Positions 51,134 through 62,800 of a stretch of 64,000 nt of DNA are shown here, in pieces (within the stretch, counting starts at the first letter, position 1; every line of letters begins with the position of its first letter). A program made the translations under genes and the position numbers. The DNA is taken from positions 22,740,225-22,804,224 of the forward strand of contig CM120640.1 in assembly GCA_051362555.1 (NCBI GenBank), read 5' to 3'. Origin of the DNA: Lingula anatina. Its lineage: Eukaryota; Animalia; Brachiopoda. Below the pieces are notes generated by a model, which made no database searches, had not been told where the DNA came from, and saw only the letters and a list, made by a program, of their open reading frames with translations.

Positions 51134-51427
51134 GACCCGCGCCAACATTCTGATAGCATGAGGTCATACCTCATTTGTCCAAGGGATCCCTCGACTATGA
51201 CAACCTGGAAATTCAGAAAAACGCGCGAAGAATCCTTGATAATTTTAACTCATTTTGGTTTGTTTCGCTAGACCCCATCCAAAACAACGCCGAAAAACGA
51301 TAGATGTCGCTGCAACACTTTCGAAAAGGGAAGTGACTCGAAATCGATGCACCAACAACATTTATAATGTGAAGAACGATGCTGAGTTGACTTTTCCTCC
51401 AAATAAGACGATATCATGAGCAGTCGA
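51134..51427. promoter_or_regulatory. Probable bidirectional promoter shared by SIRT3-like and ITFG2
   Basis: Divergent start codons are separated by only 294 bp, and the gap is locally CpG-richer than its surroundings. Confidence 0.65.
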
Positions 51428-54400
51428 ATGAGAACTGTCTCGTTTGTTGAAAGAGTTGAGTTTGACTTTCAGGGGAATCTATTTAACCAGGCCATTGCAC
51501 TTGGGGATGTCGACAATGATCAAGTAAATATAGGGTTAAAGATTTAAAGAGATTTAAACCTAAGCACTATATCATTTATGTCATTTATGTGAACACTTGC
51601 TAGACATTCGCTGATATAAAGATATTCGCGTGAGTGTGAAGCCCAGATGAACACGGTACATGCACATGCTCAATATGCAACTACACGTGTCCAAATGAAG
51701 AAAATTATTGGATGCTTGTTAATTTTTCCAGTACTTTATTTCACCTTATGTATTTTGAGTACATGTACTGTACATGTACGTACGTGTGTTTTAAATTTGC
51801 ACACACATTGATTTATAAATGTGCACACTGCTTGCATGGGTACACACACCCTCACACTAAGGCAAATTAATGGTTTCTTTAAATGGGGATATTGACCTTT
51901 TTTTATAATCTACATGTACCTGCATTTATTTCAGTTGAATGAACTGGTGGTAGGAAATATAGATGGAGAGCTTTCAGTCTTCAAAGGTGGTGATTTACAG
52001 AAACCATGGGCAAGAGCATCAGACTTAGGGACGGTATGTGTGAAGTTAAATGTTTGAGGTCATGACCATATAGTACTCACTGCATATAGACCTTAAGCAT
52101 GGGATATATATCATTTGCCAACAGCCATGGTCACTGTCTGGCAAATCCTTTTAGACATATACTGAGGGTTTTGTACAAATTAATGGAGAAAAGGGCTATG
52201 CAACCTTGCAATAAGATGATGAATGATATGTTTGTAAATGTTAAAAAGGATGCTTTCATTTATCTCCATATTGATTTGAAGTGTACACATTTATAGATTA
52301 ATTTAACCTTATAGAAAAGGTTTTTGGCAGGACTACTGCTACTGCTTTTGTGTTATCCTCCAACTGGTGACAATGATACTAAAGGTCTATAGGAAGGCTC
52401 ATTGGCTTGTTAATATTATGCATAACAGTTCTACTTACATGGTAAACTTAACATTTGATCTGCTATTTTTATATCAATAATTATGATTATTAAAAAATTT
52501 ATATAAAAATATATTTGTTTCAGATTACCTGTGTGGGAGTTGGAGATGTTTGTAATACAGGAAGGGTGAGTTTAAGTGAAAAGATGTAGAGGATGACATC
52601 TGAATGTTATTTGTTTAAACCTTTACAGTTTAATTCAGTTATTTGTTTGTGTGCACTGTAGGTGTGTTTTTTCTGTGACTCTGTCTTTGTGTTTATACTG
52701 TTTCAGAACCTTTTAGTAAGTCACAGTTCTGCTGGTGGATTTTACCTGTTTGACTTCCGGAAAGATAAAAAGTCACAGGTAACATTTTACTCAACTTGTT
52801 AGTTTCTTTGGCATTTGTTTCATATAGGCACCACAATTCAATATTGGTACATGTGTTGTGTAAGCATGATATTTTAAGGTTTGACAATACTTTGATATTC
52901 TTGTTTCAAACGTACACCACAGAAGAAGAAGCAGATGAAGAAGTCGTTGTTTTTTATAATTTATGATACAAAATATAATGAAAGATTATAAATTAATAGT
53001 AACATAATTATTAATCTTGTCACAGGAGAGCCCGGTGCTAGATTCAAGCCATAATTCATCAGGAGATGCAACAGACCCTGAGATGAAGCCATGTCATAAA
53101 CAAAATTTGCCTGCAAATAGCAAGGTGATGATAATAGCAGATGTGGGTGAGTGAAATTTTTATGGCCTTGGGAATAGGAAGGGGGTTTCAACTGCATAGT
53201 GAAAGGTTAAAATTCTAGATCAGAATTTGACTATTTGCCAGCAGCAGTTGATCATATTGCTTAATGATGGGTTAAATGTCTGACTTGATCGATGTTTTTA
53301 TATAATTTAATTGACTGAAGATGTCAGATAGTCTAATTTAGTCCTGATAGAAATGCAACTAAACATCTTATTACATCTTATTAGTATAATAATATAACTT
53401 TTATTTTGTTTAGAAACAAAAATTACTTACTTACAAAATCTATTTGAAGTTCACTGAAATGACAAGTTTGCAGTACGTTGTTAAAAAAACAAAATGCCTT
53501 GTAATTATTAATTTCAGATGGAGATAATCATGTTGAGCTTGTGATAGGATATTCTGATCGTATGGTTCGGACATTCCGCTGGGTTGGAAGCAGGGATCTT
53601 TTAGACCCAAGTTCAGACCTTGCAGGGAAATTTGAAATGGTTGATAAATGGCAGCTTGCTGCTCAGGTGAGATTAATCTTACAAAAATCTTAACATCAGC
53701 ACCCTACAGCTCTTTTGATGTGTTGATAATATTTTTTTCAATTCGCAAACCAAATAACACTGATTTTAATCTAATTTCACACTGTCATATGCAAACATGG
53801 CAACAGGCAGGTCAAATACTTGAAAGGCATTTTATTTATTTCTTATGGATTTTATTTGTTTTCTTGTTAGATTGGTGCTATCACTCTCCACACCAACACT
53901 GAAGGGAAAACATGTCTGATGGTTGCACAACCTGGGGGAACATATGTGACATTGTATAGCAGTGATGGAGGCTCCTTGACACAAACAGACAATACATCAG
54001 AGAGGCAGGTTCACATTGTGGGACAGAGGGTCTTGTAATCAAGTTTTCACTTATGTCACATCCCCTTTTAAGACTGCACTAGTAGTATTTGGTGTTGATT
54101 TGAATGTAGTGTTTCATCCAGTGTAATTTTGTTTCATGCAAAAGCACTTTTCTATTTTAAATAATATACCAATATCATACATGTTTTAGAAAATAGTCTA
54201 TCTACTCAGTACATGTTGTAGAACCCAGGATGTGAATACTGGGTCCAAGTATAGTTTTAAACTCATGTAATTGAGGTTTATTAACTTATTTTCTTTAATA
54301 ATTCCCACATGATTTTATTTTTAGTGATCGATCAGTCAGTCCTACCCTGACCTTCCACCCCTTGTCCTCAGCCAGAGCTAGAAACCCTGGTGTCACCACA

Positions 54401-56186
54401 GAAATTGTTGGAGACATTCAGAAGCCAGGTGGAGTGGAAGACAAAGGGACATTTTATGCACTATGCACACTAGATGGTAAGAGAGAAAAAGAGGGAGCTA
54501 GTTCAGTTAGATATATGTGCTCATTTTGACTAGATCAGAACTAGTTACTTTATTAAATGCATTGTGCAATATACATGGCATTGTAATAAGGGCATCTCAA
54601 TAATTGGCATATTAATGAAGCACAGAAGCATACTCTTCACATCAGTTACAAAAATACATATTTTCTTAAACATTCACTTTATACTGTTCCATGTGTATTT
54701 TTTCAGATATATATATATATATTTTTTTTAATGCATGTTGTTTTCATGACATTAACATTTCTCATTATTGCATCAACAGATGCATTTTATAAAAACTTTT
54801 CTAATCTTTAAAATTCTCCCTAAAACATTATGATTGACAGTGGGAATTGAAATGATCTTTTTTCTCCCAGGGACACTGATGCTGGTAGAAGATGATAAGA
54901 TCCTGTGGTCATTTCAAGTAGATCACCAGTTATTTGGGCTGACTAAATTGGACTTTACAGTATGAACCTCATTTTCACCTCTTCAGTATATATCATGACT
55001 CAAGCTTATGCATTTACACAGTTGATACAATAAAATCTGTCATTGTATCATGGTATTTTCCTATTTTATAGTACATGATGTAATTTTCTTCAGTAAAGAT
55101 GAAAAAAATGATTAAAAGCAATTTGAAGTCTTTCGTCATTATAAAATACAATTATGCTGGTTAGCTCATGAAACTTATTGATCATCATTTATTTTTAACC
55201 ACATTTAAGTGAATATGTTAATTTCAGGGTGATGGTAGTGATGAAGTTATTGTGTGTTCATGGGATGGACAGACATATATTGTGAACAATTCAAATCAAG
55301 TGGTGCGATTTCAGTTTGAAGAGGATGTAGCAGCATTCTGTGCAGGTAAAAACTAAACATTAAATTACGTTCTTTTTGTTTATATTGAATTAGCTTTTAA
55401 ATGAAAGAAAACAAAATGCAAATACATCATCCATGATGTATGAGATTTTAGATTTTTAAATTCTTCCTATTCACTTTTAAAATAGCCTGGACTTGTGCTT
55501 CATCCATTTCGAGTAACAACTTTACTCCTTGATCAGATATTGCATTAATTTGGGGAGTAAAATGCAAAGAATACATTCAACTGTTCACATTACTGCAGTT
55601 AATGGAAGAAAAGTGGTTTTAAAACATTTATTTTGAGTGCCAGGAAAATCTGCCAATTGTTTTTTCTCGTAACAAAATCGAGAAAAAAATTGTTTAGGAT
55701 GTGGTAGAAATATATACCAAACTAATGATGAGGATACTATTCAGTGACAAAGTTGCACCATTTTTGATGTTTTACAGGTTTCTATTCTGTGAATGGAACA
55801 AATGTGCCCTGCCTTATCTATGTGACATTTAATAACAAAATTTATGTATACTACAATATCCGAATGCCACAGATTCAGTCTACCAACTTACTGGAAACAA
55901 TGCAAACCATGCCAGAAACAAACGATTTACTCTCTTACTTCAATATTGATGGTAAGTTAAATGTAATGATGAAAAATTGCACATGTTATTAATTATCCAG
56001 CAGAAGATACAAACCTCGGATTTTATTTTCAAGTCTGTTGCTCAGAACTTTTACAGTAAACCAAGTTATGCATGGGCATGAAAGTTTATCACATTTTCTT
56101 ATTTGTCTTTTACAGCTTCTGATCCAAGCCAGTTAAAGAATCTGTATCACTGGTGTCTATATGGGAAGCATGATAAACCAGTATGA
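51428..56186 (+). CDS. ITFG2: Integrin alpha FG-GAP repeat-containing protein 2 (KICSTOR subunit), 12 exons
   Basis: Exons 51428-51523, 51935-52033, 52524-52565, 52707-52778, 53026-53146, 53518-53666, 53871-54004, 54325-54476, 54871-54959, 55228-55345, 55778-55951, 56116-56186. [85 protein letters not shown] and [10 protein letters not shown] match the ITFG2 sequence as I recall it. Mostly absent from the ORF track. Confidence 0.93.
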
Positions 56187-56837
56187 TTAGTATTCATGTG
56201 GCACTAAATATTTAAATTTTAGTGCATTCTGTCATAAAGGATATTTTAAAGATTATAAATGCATAAGTACCAGCAGAGATTTTAAAAGAGTTGCAGGTGC
56301 AAATACATTTCTTACACTTAGGTTAATTACTGTTGAAAAGCATATCTTGATTGTTAAAGAAAATAAATAGTTTATGTGATATTATGTTTAAATGCAAAGC
56401 ATATTGATATATGATATGTGATATATGTTGAAAAAACGTGATGCTTTGTTCCACTGAGAATGACATGCTGGGCATGATTTGTTAATATTTGATTGTATCT
56501 TGTGAATATTAGCCCAGCTCTACAGTACAACAATTTGAGATAAAATGGAACATTAGTTTAAAAATAACCTGTGTTAATTCTCTAAATTTTCCATAACTCT
56601 GGTGATGACTGTCCATTACTAATGTTATAGCAATTTTAAATTCCATGAAAAAAATCTATTATGCCTTTTCTGCTGCACTTGAAAGCAACATATACCAATA
56701 TCATATAGTCTTGTCTTAAAAGTTTAACTTGAAGCGGCATTCAAAGAGTGTTGCATATTTTGCTGCACGTGCTTCATCATTCGTCACTCCTCGAAGTTTA
56801 TTTTTCATTTTCTTTGTTTTTGCAACTCTTGTCCAAA

Positions 56838-59800
56838 CTATGTCGTATATCCCTGGAGTAACGTATACTGTGAAAAGTCCGTTTTCTCAATTATGTATGA
56901 GTAGAAACCAGGTTTGAGTTTCTCAGCTTGCGCAAGAATTATACGAAAGTCGCCCTCGTTCTCCAGTCGCATCTCTTCCCGTAATCTCATGACATTTGGT
57001 TTACCCGGTCTTTTGGCCAATCTGAAGAAAATAGAGACTGGAAATAAAGACTAGAATTCCGCCCTCTACGAAAGTTTAGGTCACATTTTGGTGGTGTATG
57101 TTTTCATGAAACGGACTATTGACGCATACACAAGCATTTTAAACGCATTTTTTGTGAAACTCACGTTTACCATTGACCTGAAAATCCGTATCCAGTCCGT
57201 TTTCCAATTTTTTTTAGATCGAGCCATGATATTGATAATTGCTGCATCTCGACATCACATGTGTACTCCTTCATGTGCAATTTTGAATTTAAATTACTCG
57301 TGGTGTGGTTCAGCTGTGTTAAATGTTATGATGCTTACCATTCAGAGAACTTGCTCAACTTCAACGCAAAATAAATAAATAACATGTTTACTTCTCATTA
57401 ATCTAGTGAGGAAACGATAGGAATTTAAGCTATTTTGATCAATCCAAAACTTACACAATCGCCTCAATTCGTCTGATCAGCAGTATGGCTTGACGTTTTA
57501 AACTATACACAAATGACACTGTGTAATCGTGACGAGAACTTGGCGGTAGTTGAAATACCTGAAATCGGAATACATATCAGTAAGACGTACATGTAACAAG
57601 TTAAATGTTTTAAGAAGAGGGAGTGTCCATAATTTCATCTATCGATGCATGCCACTTGTGTAAGATATTTCTTATGTACTTTCAATTGATAAGAATAATC
57701 CCAGTAAAAGTTTTAAATAGCGATATCCTGGTATACGTATTGCCTGGCATGCATATCCGAACAGAAAACCATTGCATCTCTTTGGGAAAGGCGATCTTTT
57801 ATGAAGATGAGGTCAATTTTTTCTCCTGGCCCACAATCGAGCAAGACGGTTTTAAGCGCATTTTGACGCCATTTATTTGATCTAATCTTCTTATGAAAGG
57901 TAATGTGTAAGTAATGTAAAAATAATTCTCACCTCTTTCACGAAGTTCGTCACGAGCGTCTCGGGCTGATCAGGACAAAATAGCGTGACCCTGAAATGAA
58001 AATTAATTTTTTTGTGAACTTGCCACAAGCCTGGTTTATTCAAATGAAATGTTTTTGGTGAACCTAACGTGTGTTGAGATTAATATCCAACGATGTTGAT
58101 TCTTTGATACTGACACTGAACTGATACTGTCATGTTCATTTTGCGTGTTTTAATAATCTCGTGCGCAATATATTTTCTTATTTCCATGTAATACTTTTGT
58201 GACCGCCACTATTTTAAGATTATTCACTGGAATCTGAAAGCTCAGATTCATGCCGCTAGTTTCACAAAAAAAAAAAAAAAAAAAGAATAAATGAATAAAA
58301 ATCGAGCACCAAAGACCTATTAATAAGACAAATGTTACTTACATCGGTATGACAGTTCTTTTCTTATCGAACGCCAAATCCAACAGCTCCCTATTCAGCA
58401 GCCTCTGTCTGCCCGCCTTGTGGCCGTCCACCAAGTACGTCTGCCAGACATTTCTGCCGCTGATGTCCACGATGGTGGTCGGGTAGTTACTGCACAGTAT
58501 GTCGTGATGGGGAAGCTGACTGATGAACTGCTTTTTTGGCGCTTCTGATGTGATTTTTGGCTGTAACAGCGAAGATTTTAATGTGATCGTGTGTTGGTAT
58601 TTATTTCTTATATTTATATTTTTTTATGACTTTAAGATATAAAATTTTAAAACATTGCATCGGCCGGGAATCGAACCCGGGCCGCCCGCGTGGCAGGCGA
58701 GCATTCTACCACTGAACCACCGATGCTTGTACATTCTCCCCTAACCACAGAAAAGGCGGCTAGCCACTTAAAAAAATTAAAAATTATATATGTGTTTATA
58801 GTAATATATTGGACATCCGGGGGCGTCTCGATAGTCCGAAGGTTCATTGGTCCGAAGGTTCATTGGTCCGAAAAGTGGTAACATTTTCATCGATTTTTTA
58901 ATCAAGGGTTCATTGGTCCGAAGGTTCTATAGTGAACATTCGGACCAATGAACCTTCGGACTATTGAACCTTCGGACTATCGCTACGGCCCCGGACATCC
59001 AGTACATCACTTTTTTGTTTAATTCTTAAAATATAATTATCAGCAAATAGTACCGATGCAAAGTCACTTATTTATCTCAAGCTTTGAGAAAATTATGCAA
59101 ATTTATACGTAATCAGGTTTATGCCTTTTTAACAAGCAGACCCAGTGTAGACGTGGCACAGGAATACCTTGTTGTTGCCACCACGTGGGTTAAGTGGAAT
59201 GGAGCACGCATGAAGGGCATTAGTAAGCTGTTGGGCATTTATCTATTAAATTCCCCCTTGACCTCTTTTTTTTCACTATGATTTTGATGTTCTTATAAAT
59301 GTCATTGTACCGAACGATGAAGTAAGCCGCAAATCAGACACGTTTCACCCGGCATTTCAGTCCTAGGAAGTATTTGACGAGGTCTGACCAGTGTTAGGGA
59401 AAGATAAAAAAAGAAAATCATGGGAAAGTTAATAAATTATATAACTTGTACATGAACTACTTACTGACGTGACTTAAATGCTAACTTTTTTTGTGGAATG
59501 AACCAGAAAGCAATAAAGGTGAAGCGTACCATTAGCAATCCTTGTATACAGAGGTCTGGGATATACCTATTCCATCTCTTCTCTCCAGCTGCGGCGACTA
59601 AACGGCTACACCTGCGATCAGAAAGCTGACTGAAGAGCGCCAATGTGAGGATCATCTGAAAATCAAACCGTTTTTATATTGTCTCGTTAAAAGAATGATT
59701 TTTAAACCATTATTAAAATAACATGCAGTTATATGGATTCATTGCACTGGTTTAGTGTCTACAGGCGTTCTTGACAGACATTTGCGTGGGGTTAAATTTA

Positions 59801-62800
59801 AAAAATGAGGACATGGCCTACTAGCATAAAAGAAATAAAGAGAAACAATATGAACACTGGTATGAAAAGAGCTATGATAAACGCTGAGGAATTGTTACGA
59901 ACACATTAATTTCGATTATTTTCGCATTTTCAGCAGACGCTCGTTTTAGGCTACCTGTGTGCATTATTTGCCCGGATCGATGCATTTCTGTTCTTTTCTT
60001 TGCTTTTTCCGCTATCTGTTAAATGATCCCTGCATGGTTTATTCCTTGTTTTTTGTGTCCACCTAGATTCAGGGGCGGATCCAGATTATTTGAAGGGGGG
60101 GGGGGGGGTGCACACGGATGCGAAGCCGACCCTCCCCTCCCACCCCCTTGGCGTGGGGTTCGAGACCGCAGAAGGGGCCCGAAAGTTTTTTGGTATTTAA
60201 GAGGACCAACGCTGCCATTTGGTATGGTTTAAAACTATGATTCAGTTAGTCAAAAATTAAATTCCAAGAAGACACCATTGGTGTGATATTTTTCAGACCT
60301 CGGAGGGGGGTCAGGACCCCCCAGACACCCCCCCTATATCCGCCACTGTATATTATATCAGTTTATACTCATGCTGGTTGCGCCTGTAGACATAACATTT
60401 GTAAAAGAATCATTGCAACATATTGAAAAAAATGGTTCCGCCCGGGATCGAACCGGGGACCTTCTGCGTGTTAGGCAGATGTGATAACCGCTACACCACG
60501 GAGCCCTGCTGTAATGCAACTTGCGTACACCAATTTACTATGTATCTGTTTTGTAGATATGCGTGAGTAAATATCAGTCGAGAACTTTGTTGAATGATAA
60601 ATGCTTGGTTATCTGCATTTAACGTCTGTAGATTCATATCTGCTGCACACATGCATACAAATTGATAAATGGATTTAAACTAATGTCTTTTTCCTTTCAA
60701 CAATCTTTCTCCTCGTTTTTTCTACACAGTTTTTCCGTTGATAAACGTTGTTCTTAAGCAGTACTTCACATCCTTGACCCATCAGTATACCGCACACCAT
60801 TTTACTATACGTGATTCAGGTGGAAAAGATCGTTAAATAAGTTGCCATTATTATTACTTTTTATTTATAGTTGCAGAACGTTAGGTGCAGTGGCGGATTT
60901 AGGAGGGGGGAAGGGTGTCAGTGGGGTCCTGACCCCACTTCGATTTCTAATAAAAATCACACCAATGGAAAATAGAATTTTGACTAGCTGAAACATAGTT
61001 CAAAACCGTACCAAATGTCACCATTCGCCCTCTAAAAAATTTAAAACATTTTGGGGCCCTACAGCGGGCCCTGAACCTCACGTCAATGGGGAGGGGGATA
61101 ATAACGGCCGCCCGTGCGGGAAGGCGAACATTATACCATTGAACCACCGATGCTTACACTCACTCTAAAAATACTTCGGTTAAAAATAACTGCAAAAATG
61201 GTTCAACCGTTCAATATGCGTCCAACTAATAATCCGGTTGATGTAACTGATTAATAATCGATAGGTACAATTAAAATTATAAATAAACAAGATTCAACAA
61301 GTTTGTAGAATTACTTTACAGTTTTTCGATGTTCCTGTCAAATGTCCTCATATCAGTTATTCCACGCGGTTACCATGTTGACCAATCGACTGGTTGATCA
61401 ATAACCGATTAAACCGTTGTTTCTAACTAATCTCAAGTCAACCGATTTAATCGGTAGGGTCAATAACCGATTTGGTTTTTAGAGTGCTCCTTACCCCTGG
61501 AGAGCTTCACAAATCCGAGTCACAACTGCATGGAAACTTTTTAAATATTTAAAAATATCTTTTTATTTGTTGTTGTTGGCGTATATCTTTTATTAAACAG
61601 GAAAAAAATAGAAAAAAATATTTATACAAAAATCATAACTGAATTTTAGTTTCTGTTTAAGAAACCTTGACTGTGTAACTTATTTGGCTTTGATAGCTAC
61701 TGATAAGGAGATAAATTTCCTCACATAAAGTTTGTGCGCGATAAATTTTATCATCCATACTAACCACAGGTGTCTGTCTGCGTATGCTATGTATTCACGT
61801 CGACTCACATAAGTACATAGGTAAAATAGTCAGCGGTATATCGGACCACACTACCCGTTTTCAAGGTGTGTGTCAGATCACATTTCGGAGTATCATACCC
61901 CAGAACAATTTTGGTAGGACGACCGCGGGCTCATCCTGTCGGTGTTCTGACTGATACTCCGCAATGCGATCTGACACACCTTGAAAACGGGTAGTGTGGT
62001 CCGATATACCGGTTAATTCAGGATCCTCATGTGCCGAGTCTGGTAGTTGGGTAGGCCTGATAGTCTAGTCCCACTAGTTAACGTAAATGAACACCGAGCA
62101 TTAATTACGTACCGATTTCATTGACCGAAGATATACTGGTAATAAAAGAGGCCTGTATCAAGGCACTGCAAAACCTGATTTGATGTCTATTATTTTCTTC
62201 TTTATCTAAGCAAGTAAGATGGGTCAAGCTGGGACAAGTAGTTGAAAGATTTCAGCTCCTACATCGGGCTTGGTTTAGCGGCTCACAAATTCTAGATATA
62301 GTTTTGTTTTGTATAATTAGCGTAGGTCGTCCTTTTAGTTCTGGGTAAGCCTATAGAGACCCACAACTTTATGATAAGGTTTGTCAAGTTCAAATATGTT
62401 ATCTCTCATAACAATTTAATTGAATATCTCATTATTACACCTTCACACCGCGAGCTGGAATAAAAATTACCTTATTTATTCTCTTTTCACTAGACCCCGT
62501 GACTAGTGTGTTTCCACATGTCAAAAGATGTGACATGATAGCGTCCTTCAAAAGTTCTTCTTTGGAGAAAGATAGTCTATGTTCGTGTGAAAGGTACGTT
62601 GCTGTCAACTGAAATAAAAAAACGTTTTTCTATTCAAAGCAAAGAGATACTTGTGCAAGAGAATGTTGCCATCTTAACAGGACTGGTCTTTTTCTATATC
62701 AAAATAAGGCCAAAATATATTATATTTATTACAAGACAAATGATCGACGCCCCAGGGGTAAAAGAAAACACTGCAAGTTCGAGATATATATCTTTAAATA

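Noticed and set aside
58830-58985. Regularly spaced 16-bp repeats that could be mistaken for a CRISPR array
   Set aside because: Units abut without unique spacers, switch orientation mid-element and are bounded by a TSD; the context is eukaryotic with no cas genes.
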